Source: Planctomycetota bacterium (lineage in GTDB: Bacteria; Planctomycetota; GCA-002687715; CAIWVZ01). Taken from it: 64,000 nt of DNA. This document shows positions 39,001 through 47,763 of the stretch, piece by piece. Each line of letters begins with the position of its first letter. Position 1 is the first letter of the stretch. A model generated the notes under the pieces. It did not search any database. It was not told the DNA's origin and was given only the letters and a program-made list of their open reading frames with translations. The position numbers were made by a program, and so were the translations under genes. The stretch lies in the NCBI GenBank assembly GCA_044222185.1, contig JBGANV010000002.1, positions 576,001-640,000 of the forward strand, in the 5' to 3' direction.

Positions 39001-40180
39001 TCCACTTCCCGGCGACGGGTGCGCAGCTGTAGATCGTGTCTGAGCACGTCACGAGCGGCGTGCCGCCATCCACGAGGAAGACGCCCGCGCAGCCACCGAC
39101 GGCGTTGATGGCAGACATGAGGGAGCCGTTGTTGAACGACGTCCCGCGGTTGCTCGTGAAGAAGGAGCAGGCGCCCGTGGTGTGGATGCCCGCGGTGAGG
39201 CTCGTCCCGTTGATGATCAGCGGGCCGCCCGAGGCTCCGTGGTCCGAATCGGCGTTGTGCAGGATGAGATGCGAGCCCACGGTCGGGAGACTCGCGCCGT
39301 CGGCCGACGTCTGCTGGACGTTGTTCCGCTCGGGCGTCGGTGACGTGTCGTTGCCGTACCCCGTCAGTCGCGCCGTGAAGAACTGGGGGATCGTCGGGAT
39401 GATGTCGAACCAGCCGTTGAACAACGCCATGTTCGTGCCCGCCGTGTTGGGATGAAGTCGTCCCACGGCCCAGTCGTCGCCATCGCCGCCCGCGTTGAAC
39501 TGCGTGACCGTATCGTCGCCGGGGAACTGGTCGAGGATGCCCGGGTGCAAGATCGATCCGCCAGGGGTCGACAGCGGCACGTTGATCTCGCCGACGACGC
39601 TCACGTTCGTGAGACCGTCGAAGCAGTGCCCTGCCGTGAGATAGGTGGCGTGATCGTTGATGAGCCACCCCGTGCAGATGAACGAGCCCTGGCTCGAGGC
39701 GATCATCAGCCGGCAGACGCGGTTGTCGAAACTCAACACGCGGTCATCCGAGCCGCAGACGTTCTCCGGGAGGAGCGGCGCCGCCTGCACCTGAGCCGAG
39801 TCGATCGAGACGGTTCCCTGCGAGTGCGCGCCCAATTCGAGGGCCACGTTCACTACGTTGCCGTTGAACCACCCTGTCGAGTTCCGCCATTCCTTGAGGC
39901 GGCGCTGATCGAGCCGGTGGACCTGCCCGTCGAGGGGGTTCATCACGACGATGGCGTCGTGCACGCCGGCCAGTTCGGCCGCATCGAAGTGGAGCCGGAG
40001 CGACGTCGCCCCGGGAACCTGGACGGTCTCGGTCCAAACGGTCGTCGGGGTTTCAGCCGCGTTCGAGCGGGCGCCGCTGGCGATCGAGATCGGCGCGACG
40101 AATGAGTTGACGACGGCCTGCCCGAGGAGCCCATGGCTCACGAGCAGCGCCGAAAGAACGAATCGAGTTCCGGTCTTCAT
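36041..40180 (-). CDS. large secreted trypsin-like serine protease with tandem repeats, IPT/TIG domains and a C-terminal module
   Basis: GGAGGTG RBS, signal peptide; catalytic motifs TAGHC, DDWAVGRL, GASGGP; three WN..ANGH repeats; PAPSLTSVTP...GSGF IPT repeats. Confidence 0.88.
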   Translation of the reverse strand: MKTGTRFVLSALLVSHGLLGQAVVNSFVAPISIASGARSNAAETPTTVWTETVQVPGATSLRLHFDAAELAGVHDAIVVMNPLDGQVHRLDQRRLKEWRNSTGWFNGNVVNVALELGAHSQGTVSIDSAQVQAAPLLPENVCGSDDRVLSFDNRVCRLMIASSQGSFICTGWLINDHATYLTAGHCFDGLTNVSVVGEINVPLSTPGGSILHPGILDQFPGDDTVTQFNAGGDGDDWAVGRLHPNTAGTNMALFNGWFDIIPTIPQFFTARLTGYGNDTSPTPERNNVQQTSADGASLPTVGSHLILHNADSDHGASGGPLIINGTSLTAGIHTTGACSFFTSNRGTSFNNGSLMSAINAVGGCAGVFLVDGGTPLVTCSDTIYSCAPVAGKWNVVGVSSQSDWDIFRENVGSAFGGNTCDFLLANGHVGTVPPISGSLHRFSGSATAHAQFRSATPITIGQTAVQPWTNGDILRAFEFQVTTPGNYDITMTGDPSLSWHLYSPGAGTGWWQRTTSLISAGSANTGTVPTFPLSPGFYCIIVYRDGDAASVTPSNIALTVVPTGTTLALPANTPQTIAGQFQDFVLTPTASFWNGVALAGQNDWSLLLGSTGGVNQGVITEFGVANGHNGAVFPTTGTAVRQGGAAPGTIEFAPAVQLGNGGLVVTTLPAGHVIKMHEVITFVPLTEDFLITGDPSLKWFIFAPGTTAGWIGRNQAIASGIVGDAGTTITLQPGAYAIAIVHDGPPSTTDLPYSLAALASSSHLTLAGPGASVAVNSPAYTFSMVPSASRWNAVGIYSGNGITAGGWGVSMGAAQSFVGAGTSVLVANGHLGTIAPTNGILQGTGILGSMSGTLHESNVITMTPGTPSSATLSPFPAVYTFEFNVTTPGPYDLGVTGPSGFAWSLFRPGASAAWRPLAQADLSAGFGTQSSVPLQAGWHAIVVRRGTGFTVSGTTATVSVTPVANPAPSLTSVTPTSVLANAGATTITLAGSGFNAFSDVRWDVTTSLAVTSVTPTAITLTLPASLLASPGVHSIRVQNPAPGGGISSTSTFTVNAAVPILAMVSPSGTIAGGPATNVDIFMDGTTPVFPGAVARWNGAPIPTLMVNSLHLVVTISASQLAVPGTGAITVTAPAPGGGTSAASSFDVTAPRITAATPTTLPVMTLASPPVTLSITGLAFLPSSVVHAGIATLPTTFIDSAHLTCQVGPGVPETRGAGAVALVVENGHFAVSNTFAVPVGPGGNNVGTVIRYPLDPLPNESYAAVIEGGPVGAPFALIVDFAAPAPVFHWPDLTANLVLGVGTPGATLPILDGIGVFGPPNPAAILGSNPLTNPPTGKFTLPGFVRPSAPLNVTFTMQVAYLDATAPGGFKLGWPRIETL

Positions 40181-40380
40181 GAGTTCACCTCCGCACGGGG
40201 TTCCCGTGCTCGATGAAGCAGGAACTGCAACGGGTGCGACCCGAGGACAGGCCTGTCTCGCGGATTCGGGTAAAGACGGAATCGAAAAGAGGTTAGGGGC
40301 CTGCGTAAGAGGTCTGCGCTTCCGCCGACGGCCGGCCAACGAGTTGAGTTTTTGCGCCGTCGGGGACGCGTTCACGGGCG

Positions 40381-41082
40381 ATGCCCCGTGGTCCTGCGGA
40401 CACTTGCCCGGCCGCCACGGGTCGACCTACGATCGCCGCCGTGACCCCCCCGCTGCCCGCAACCTCCTGGGACCCAGCCGCCACGTCGATCCACGTTCAA
40501 CGTGCGCATCGCGGCGAGATGGAGAGTCTTGCCTGGGTGATCTCGCGGTTCTCGCCGCTCCTGCGGCTGCAGGCGTCCTTCCGCGTGCGGGGACCGCTCG
40601 CACGGCTCTATGATCCGGAGGACGTCGTGGACGAGGTCTGGGTCCGATCGCTCCCGCACATCGCCACGCTCACTCCGCGCGATGGGCGTCTCACCCCCGT
40701 GCTGCTGCGCTTCCTCGGCACGACCCTGCTCCGGCTCGTCAACGAACTGATGCGCAAGCACGTTCGCGGAAAGCCGCGGCTGATGGAGCCGACGTCGGAC
40801 GTGTCCGAGCCGCTGAACCGTCTGCCAGCCGACGTGACCGAGGCCTCCGAGCGCGCGCGGCGCGGCGAAGTCGCGCTCGCGATCGATCGCGCCGTCACGT
40901 CGCTCTCGGAGAGCGCTCGCGAGGTGTTCGTGCTCCGCGGGATCGAGCAGTTCTCCAACCAGGAGGTTGCCCGGCGGCTCGGCGAGTCCGAGAAGGCCGT
41001 CAGCATGCGGTACTCGCGAGCGCTCGACGCACTCCGCGAGACGCTTCCCCAATCCCTCGTCGACGAGCTGGCCGAAGTCTGA
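40381..41082 (+). CDS. ECF sigma-70 factor
   Basis: Sigma2 DPEDVVDEVW; sigma4 REVFVLR..EQFSNQEVARRLG.SEKAVSMRYSRA. Start uncertain. Confidence 0.88.
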   Translation: MPRGPADTCPAATGRPTIAAVTPPLPATSWDPAATSIHVQRAHRGEMESLAWVISRFSPLLRLQASFRVRGPLARLYDPEDVVDEVWVRSLPHIATLTPRDGRLTPVLLRFLGTTLLRLVNELMRKHVRGKPRLMEPTSDVSEPLNRLPADVTEASERARRGEVALAIDRAVTSLSESAREVFVLRGIEQFSNQEVARRLGESEKAVSMRYSRALDALRETLPQSLVDELAEV

Positions 41083-41106
41083 CGCCCTTCGCGGGGCGCC
41101 CGCAGA

Positions 41107-43569
41107 TCACTCTTGATCCTTGATCATCCGCTCCGTCTCGCTCACCCAATCCGCCGACGGATAGGTCCAACCGGGGCGTTTCGAGCCGAGTTCGTGACCC
41201 CGTTTCAAGTGAACGAGTGCCTGGTCGAGCGCCCCCTCGGCCCTCAGCAGCAGGCCCAGGTTGCAGTGCGCTTCGGCGACTGACGGATCCCGAGCGAGAC
41301 AGGCCTCGTACGCGGCCTTCGCATCGGCGCGGCGACCGACGGTCTCCAGCGCGGTCGCGTGGGTGAATCGCAACGCCGCGGAGTCGGGAAGTGCGGCGAC
41401 GCCGCGCTCGCTTGCGGCGAGTGCATCGTCGTTCCGTCCCACCTGCGTGAGGATCGCGGCGTAGTCGGTCCAGAAGAGTGGCGACTTCGGGTCGAGTTCC
41501 GTCGCCTGTCGATAGGCATCGACGGCGTCGTCCGGTCGCTTCTGCAGGAGGAGGAGGTAGCCCAGCTCATGGCGCAGATCGCCCTTGTCAGGGCGCAGGG
41601 CGACCGCCTTGCGGAAGAGGGTCTCGGCCTCGTCGAGCCGCCCCTGGTTCGCCGTGATTCGACCCAGCAGGCTGAACGCCTGCGCGTCGTTGGGCCGCAA
41701 GGTCAGAAGCTTGCGGAAGGCTGCGGCGCCAGCCGGCGGGTCCACGTCCATGAGCGCGAGGCCGCTCCACCAATAGGTGTCTTCGTGATCTGGCCACAGT
41801 CGTTGGATCGCCTGCGCTGCCGCGCGTGCCGCAGCCTCATCGTGTGCGTGGCCGGCGACGTGGGCAGCCTCGAAGTGGTAGAGGGCGCGGGCGACCGGTG
41901 CGAGACGGACGGCCTGATCGAAGGCACGCTGAGCTTCGAGCCAGACCTTCGCGTCGTTCGTGCGGTGGCCGGTGAGCGCGAGGCGCGACCCCGCGAGGAA
42001 CCACCCGAGCGCATCGTCGGGCTGGGCCAGACCCGACACCAAGGCCGTGGCCTCGGCCTCGCGGCCGAGCGCGCGAAGCACGTCGGCCCGCAGGCGGAGG
42101 AGACCGGGCGTGCGAGCGGAGACCTCTCCGTGCAAGTCGAGAATGCGCAGGGCGTCGGCCGGATCGTTCAGGCGCAGTCTCGAGAGCGCTGCGCCTGCGA
42201 CGGCCTCGGCAGAGTCCTGGCGAAGCGCGAGGGCGCGCGAGAATGCGTCGACGGCCTTGCGTGGGTCACCTTCGGCGAGGTCGCCGAAACCCAGTTCGAG
42301 CTCGCGCTCGACGGCGCGCGCGAGCCTTGCAGCATCCTGGGCGCGAATGTCCGGCAGTCGGACGAGGACGTAGACGACGAGGCCCGTCACGGTCGGAACG
42401 CCGACCATCAGCAGGAGGGCGAGAGCCGCGACGGCAGGCCGGCGCCGGGCCCAGCGAGACAAGCGCGTGAGCGCCGTCGCCGGCCGGGCGCGGATCGGCT
42501 CGTGCATCCGCAGCCTTCGCAGGTCTTCCGCCAGGTCGGCGGCGGTCTGATAGCGGCGTGTCGGCTCCTTCGCCATCGCAGTCTCGACGACGACGGCGAG
42601 GTCCGATGGGATTCCGCGCGCGAGCCGCCGGGGCGGCGAAGGGTCCTCGTCGAGGATCGCGCGGTAGAGCCCCTCACGCGTGGGTGCCGTGAACGGGCGG
42701 CGGAGCGTCACGCACTCGTAGAGGATCACTCCGAGGGCGTAGACGTCCACGCGGCGGTCGATCCTCGCACGGTCACCCCGGATCTGCTCCGGTGCCATGA
42801 ATGCCGGTGTTCCCAGCACGTCGCCGCTCTGAGTCAGTCCACCGTGGCCCTGGTCTTCGACCGCGGCGAGGCCGAAGTCGAGCACGACCGGCGCTCCGGT
42901 CGCGTCGATCATGACGTTCCCGGGCTTCAGATCGCGGTGCACGATCCCGGCTGCGTGGGCCGTCTCCACCGCGCGCGCCACGGACTCGATGACCGCGATC
43001 ACGTGCGTGATCCACTCGCGCCGCACGTCGAGTGGTTCCGACGCCTCGGGAAGATCCGCGCCGAGACGCTCGCGCTCGGAGTCGATCGATTGGGCGAGCG
43101 TTTCGCCCTTCACGAGCCGCATGGCGATCCACGCAGCTCCGTTCTCGGAGCCCGCTCCGAACACCGTGCAGATTCCCGGATGATCCAGCCGCGACAGCAG
43201 ATCAGCCTCGCGGCGGAACCGCGCGATCGCGGCCGCATTCTCGAAGAGCTCTGCCGCGCGGAAGACCTTCAGCGCGACGTCGCGAGAAAGGCGTGTGTCC
43301 CGCGCCCGATACACGGTCGCCTGTCCGCCGCGGCCGATCATCTCGTCGAGCCGGTAGTGGCCCAGCGTCTGGGGAGACTCGGACGACGGTGCCGACTCCA
43401 ACGCCTCGGCGTATTCGCGGCGGAGCAACTCCTCGTGCCCGGGGAAGGCCTTCAGGTAGTCGTCGACGGGTCGAGGGCCGCCGGATTCCATGTCCGCTGA
43501 GAGCGCGAGGAGGAACTCGTGAATCGTCACGAGTTCCGCCGCGTCCGATTCGGGGTCAGAAGGCTGCAT
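41107..43569 (-). CDS. Ser/Thr protein kinase with TM helix and TPR repeats
   Basis: GRGGQATVY, VALK, HRDLKPGN, DFGLA, GTPAFMAPEQ; C-terminal TPRs. Confidence 0.95.
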   Translation of the reverse strand: MQPSDPESDAAELVTIHEFLLALSADMESGGPRPVDDYLKAFPGHEELLRREYAEALESAPSSESPQTLGHYRLDEMIGRGGQATVYRARDTRLSRDVALKVFRAAELFENAAAIARFRREADLLSRLDHPGICTVFGAGSENGAAWIAMRLVKGETLAQSIDSERERLGADLPEASEPLDVRREWITHVIAVIESVARAVETAHAAGIVHRDLKPGNVMIDATGAPVVLDFGLAAVEDQGHGGLTQSGDVLGTPAFMAPEQIRGDRARIDRRVDVYALGVILYECVTLRRPFTAPTREGLYRAILDEDPSPPRRLARGIPSDLAVVVETAMAKEPTRRYQTAADLAEDLRRLRMHEPIRARPATALTRLSRWARRRPAVAALALLLMVGVPTVTGLVVYVLVRLPDIRAQDAARLARAVERELELGFGDLAEGDPRKAVDAFSRALALRQDSAEAVAGAALSRLRLNDPADALRILDLHGEVSARTPGLLRLRADVLRALGREAEATALVSGLAQPDDALGWFLAGSRLALTGHRTNDAKVWLEAQRAFDQAVRLAPVARALYHFEAAHVAGHAHDEAAARAAAQAIQRLWPDHEDTYWWSGLALMDVDPPAGAAAFRKLLTLRPNDAQAFSLLGRITANQGRLDEAETLFRKAVALRPDKGDLRHELGYLLLLQKRPDDAVDAYRQATELDPKSPLFWTDYAAILTQVGRNDDALAASERGVAALPDSAALRFTHATALETVGRRADAKAAYEACLARDPSVAEAHCNLGLLLRAEGALDQALVHLKRGHELGSKRPGWTYPSADWVSETERMIKDQE

Positions 43570-43713
43570 CGACGGGAACTTCCAGAGCACACCGGCGCCG
43601 GAACGCAGACAACCTACTCGCAAACGGGGCGGTGAGCGATGCGTCGCGTCCGCTCGCTCAAAGGTATCCGGTCGGGATGGAATCCACGGCGAGACCGCTC
43701 CACCCGCGCGCCC

Positions 43714-46700
43714 TCACGGGGCCTCGACGAAGCGACGCACTTTGCCCCAGACCGCGGCCCACGCGGTCCGTTCCGCTTCGTCGAATGCCGCGAGTGCGCT
43801 TGCGTCGCGAACCGCCGCGAGCCGCGGATCGAGGAGGATGCGGCACCAGAAGCTCCGCACGTCCGCAGGAATCTGCGAGCCGTGGGCGAGGTCAGGCGCA
43901 TGCAGGTCGAGTGCTTTCGCGAGGAAGCCGCGCGCCGCGGTACGCATGGACGCGTCGCCACGCGTCGAAAGCCCGACGGCAGCACTCGCCGCAACGTACA
44001 GGGCACGGTCGCGAAGCTCGGTCGAGACCTGGGCGGTCGGCCTATCGAGCACCTGACGCGCCACCGCGAGCGCCGCCGGGAACCGACCGCATACGAGAGC
44101 CGTCCAGGCGACCTCGCACTGCGTGAGCGGTGCTGGGGGCAGGCTCCCGCCGGCATCGAGCGCGTCGGCGATTTCGAGGTAGTCGAGCATGCCGCGGTCT
44201 CGCGGCGCGGCGTCCGTGAATCGCGCCGTCGGTCGCGACGCCGACGCGGCGAGCTCGACAGCGCGCGTGTCCGCGTCCAGCGCTTCGTCGAGGCGGCCCA
44301 TGTGGCGGAACGCCTCGGCGACGGCGGCATGAGAGGACGGATCATCCGGGCGGAGCTCCACCGCGCGCCGTGCTGCGGCCAGAGCCTCCTCGGTGAGTCC
44401 GACCTGGAGGAGCGCCGACGCCAGCGCGGATGCGGCATCCGCGTCCTTGGGACGGGCCGACGCGTAGCTGCGGCAGATCTCCACGAGTTCGACCAGATCG
44501 CCTCGATGGGTGAGCAGGATGCGCAGGTTCCCGAATGCGGTCGCATCACCCGGCTGGAGGCGCAGGCATTGGCGAAGCGGCGCGCGGGCTTCATCGAGCC
44601 GATCTGCCCGGGAGTAGGCCGCCGCGAGGTTGGCGAACGCGAATCCGATGGTGGGATCCAGCCGCGTGGCGCGCGCGAGCATCTCGATCGCTTCGTCGAC
44701 GTGTCCTTGCTTCAGAAGGTCCGTTCCGATCGACGCATGCGCGAACGCGTGGTCCGGATCGATGGCGAGCGCCCGCCTCTGCGCCTCCAACGCGTTCGCC
44801 GCGTCGCCCGATCGACCGTAGGCGGTGCCCAGCCACGACCAGGCCTCCGCACTCGGGGGGGCCAGCTCGACCGCGTGCCCGTAGGCAGCGATCGCCGCCG
44901 GGACGTCTTCCGTGCGGAGACAGGCTCCGCCGTAGCTCATCCACGCTTTTCGATAGGTCGGCGCGAGCTCGGTCGCACGCCGGAACGTGGCCACGGCGCG
45001 CGCGGTCGCCCCGGCCTTCTCCAGCCCGGCCGCAAGGTTCAGGGCGTGCACGGCACTGGTGGGGCTCAACGTACAGGCCTCCTCGTACTCGCGGATCGCC
45101 TCGTCCATCGCACCCCGCTCGGCGAGGGCGTGAGCGAGATCGCTGTGCGTCGAGGCAGACCGCGACCCGAGCTCGAGCGCTTTTCGGAAGCTCGCTTCGG
45201 CCGTCGGTCGGTCGATGACCTGCGTCGCGAAGCCGCGCCAATGCCAGCTCGAGGGGGCCTTGGGCCAGAGCGTGATGAGTTTCTCTCCGACCTGCGCAGC
45301 GCGTTCGTGATCGTTGCAGTGGTAGGTCGCGTGCGCGAGGCCGGCGACGTAGATGTGTCGGGCGATGGGGGAGAGCCGATCCGCTCGCTCGATGAGTGCC
45401 AGCGCACGCGGAAACGCATCCTTCGCGCCGCCGTGACCCCGCTCGAGCTCGTGGATCCCCGCCAGGAAGCAGTCGATGGCATCCGCGGGCTGGGGCGTCT
45501 CCGTGACGATCCGCTCGGCATCGTCCCGTCGGCCGAGACGCTCGAGCGCGCCCGCGCGGAGGAAGCGCAGCGATGGGTGGTGCGCCTCGAATTGCGGGTG
45601 CGCATCGAGGACGCCGAGCGCATCGTGCTGCTTCCCCTCTGCCAGGTAGGACATCACGACGCCGGCGATCGCCTCGACGCAGTCGGCCTGTTCGTCCAGG
45701 GCGCGCTCGAAGCAGGCCCGGGCATCCGCGGCGCTCGCTTCGCCCAGCTCGAGGTAGCCGTCGGTGATCGCCGATTCGACGCGATCCCGACGCAAGGCCT
45801 GCTCGGCCTGCGTGATCTCGGGCATCTTCGTCGCGAGCAGTGCCCACAAGCCAGCGACGATGGGGACGAGCACGACGAGGGTCACCGCGAGCAGGGCCTT
45901 GGCGGGCTCCCGCTGGGACCAACGCACGATCCGGCCCACGGTCGAGAGGGGCTTCACGGACACGGGATGTCCTTCGATCACCGCGCGCAGGTCGGCGGCC
46001 AGGGCCGCGGCCGTCTGGTAGCGGCGCATCGGCTCCTTCTCGAGCGCCGTCTGGATCACGGCGGTGAGGTCGCGGTCGATGGCCGGGTTGAGCCGGTGCG
46101 GATCCGGCACCGGGTCCCGGAGGATCGAGTGGTAGAGCGCGTCGATCGTCGGCTCGTCGAACGGGCGGCGAAGGGTCAGGCACTCGAAGAGCGTCACGCC
46201 GAGCGCGTAGATGTCGGTTGCGGGGTCCGGCTCGCCGCGGTTGCCCGCCAGCGTCTCCGGCGCCAGGTAGGCAGGCGTGCCGCACACGTCACCCGTACGT
46301 GTGAGGGTCGGCAGCGCGCCGTCGACGTCGCGCGCCAGGCCGAAGTCGAGGATGACCGGCTCGCCCGTCGGGTCGATCATGATGTTCTGCGGCTTGACGT
46401 CGCGGTGGACGACGCCGCGCTCGTGTGCGTCGTGCAGCGCGGAGGCGACCGACCGCACGATCCGCAAACGCTCGACGATCTGGTCACGCCGCGAGGGAAC
46501 CTGCCCCGCCTCTCGTTCCCGACAGATCCGGCGGTGGAGCGTTTCGCCCTCGACGAAGCGCATGGCGATGAACGGGATCCCCCCGTCGATTCCCGCGCGC
46601 AGCACGGTGCAGATTCCCCGATGCTCGAGCCGCGACGCCACTTCGGCCTCGCGCTGAAACCTCGCGACGTCGGACGCGCCGGCCAGGTGCCGCGACAGGA

Positions 46701-47037
46701 GCAGCTTGAGGGCCACCCGGCGGTTCAGCGGTTCTTCGATCGCCTCGAACACCACGCCCATGCCGCCGCGCCCGATCTCGCGGACGATCCGGTATTCGGC
46801 GACGCGAGATGGGGCCGCGAGTGTCTGCACGAAAACCGGAACGGTCGGGGGCGTGGTCGCGTCGACGACGTGACGCTCGAGGAGCGCGACGGCCGGGAGG
46901 AGTGTGCGCAGCGCATCCGCATGTTCGGGATGACGCGAGACCCACGTCGCGACGTCAGGCCGCAACCCTCTGCGACAGGCGTCGGCGAACGCGTCGACGA
47001 TCGCCTCCACGTCGTTCGGTCGTTCCGGCGCGGTCAT
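43714..47037 (-). CDS. Ser/Thr protein kinase with TM helix and TPR repeats
   Basis: GRGGMGVVF, HRDVKPQN, DFGLA, GTPAYLAPE; ATGA-coupled to ECF 47034..47687. Confidence 0.95.
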   Translation of the reverse strand: MTAPERPNDVEAIVDAFADACRRGLRPDVATWVSRHPEHADALRTLLPAVALLERHVVDATTPPTVPVFVQTLAAPSRVAEYRIVREIGRGGMGVVFEAIEEPLNRRVALKLLLSRHLAGASDVARFQREAEVASRLEHRGICTVLRAGIDGGIPFIAMRFVEGETLHRRICREREAGQVPSRRDQIVERLRIVRSVASALHDAHERGVVHRDVKPQNIMIDPTGEPVILDFGLARDVDGALPTLTRTGDVCGTPAYLAPETLAGNRGEPDPATDIYALGVTLFECLTLRRPFDEPTIDALYHSILRDPVPDPHRLNPAIDRDLTAVIQTALEKEPMRRYQTAAALAADLRAVIEGHPVSVKPLSTVGRIVRWSQREPAKALLAVTLVVLVPIVAGLWALLATKMPEITQAEQALRRDRVESAITDGYLELGEASAADARACFERALDEQADCVEAIAGVVMSYLAEGKQHDALGVLDAHPQFEAHHPSLRFLRAGALERLGRRDDAERIVTETPQPADAIDCFLAGIHELERGHGGAKDAFPRALALIERADRLSPIARHIYVAGLAHATYHCNDHERAAQVGEKLITLWPKAPSSWHWRGFATQVIDRPTAEASFRKALELGSRSASTHSDLAHALAERGAMDEAIREYEEACTLSPTSAVHALNLAAGLEKAGATARAVATFRRATELAPTYRKAWMSYGGACLRTEDVPAAIAAYGHAVELAPPSAEAWSWLGTAYGRSGDAANALEAQRRALAIDPDHAFAHASIGTDLLKQGHVDEAIEMLARATRLDPTIGFAFANLAAAYSRADRLDEARAPLRQCLRLQPGDATAFGNLRILLTHRGDLVELVEICRSYASARPKDADAASALASALLQVGLTEEALAAARRAVELRPDDPSSHAAVAEAFRHMGRLDEALDADTRAVELAASASRPTARFTDAAPRDRGMLDYLEIADALDAGGSLPPAPLTQCEVAWTALVCGRFPAALAVARQVLDRPTAQVSTELRDRALYVAASAAVGLSTRGDASMRTAARGFLAKALDLHAPDLAHGSQIPADVRSFWCRILLDPRLAAVRDASALAAFDEAERTAWAAVWGKVRRFVEAP

Positions 47038-47687
47038 CGTCGATCGGGTCCCGAGTCGCCGAGCGACGAGTCGATCATCCCTCGCAGGCGCGTCAGCGCT
47101 CGCAGGTAGCGCTTGCTCGCCGCCGAAGGCTCGAGTCCCAGTTCTCGCGCGACCTCCAGGTTCGACAGCTGCTCGAAGTGTCGCAGGCTGAGGACCTCCC
47201 GGTCCGCGGGTTCGAGCTGGGCGAGGGCGTGCTCGACGAGCATGCGACGCTCTGCCCGAACCGCTGCCTGCGTCGGGCTGGTCTGTTCGGCTGCGAACTG
47301 AGCCGCGAGGCAGTCGGCGGACGACGCGCCGTACAGCACTTCGCCATCCGTTTCTCGACGGACGTCGCGCAGATCGGCGCCGAGGTGGCGGCGGCACAGC
47401 TCCGCCATGTGCTGTGCCGTGAGGAATCGCAGCCACAGGAAGAAGGGCATTTCCCGTCGCTCCGTGTACCGGGGAAGACGGCGCGCCGCCTCGAGCGTCA
47501 CGTCCTGCAGGACGTCCGAGACGTCGACGCGAGTTCGCAACCTGCGATCGAGCCGCGCTTCGACCATTCGACGGAGGCGGTCCCGGTCGCGGTCGAGCAG
47601 AGCCGCAACCGCCTCCCCGTCGCCGTTCGCGGCGCGGTCGAGCAACGCCTTCGTGTGTGCTTGTTCTTCCGGCGGAGGTGATGTCAT
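47034..47687 (-). CDS. ECF sigma-70 factor, planctomycete kinase-associated type
   Basis: RLDRRLRTRVDVSDVLQD, FFLWLR, SPTQAA, DREVLSLRHFEQLSNLEVA..LG..AASKRYLRAL. Confidence 0.92.
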   Translation of the reverse strand: MTSPPPEEQAHTKALLDRAANGDGEAVAALLDRDRDRLRRMVEARLDRRLRTRVDVSDVLQDVTLEAARRLPRYTERREMPFFLWLRFLTAQHMAELCRRHLGADLRDVRRETDGEVLYGASSADCLAAQFAAEQTSPTQAAVRAERRMLVEHALAQLEPADREVLSLRHFEQLSNLEVARELGLEPSAASKRYLRALTRLRGMIDSSLGDSGPDRR

Positions 47688-47763
47688 CGGCAAGTGGCGC
47701 CCGCGGTTGCGCACCGTCGATCATCGGCGGCGTCCTGGAAAGGGTCAAGTCCGGCGGCCGGCT

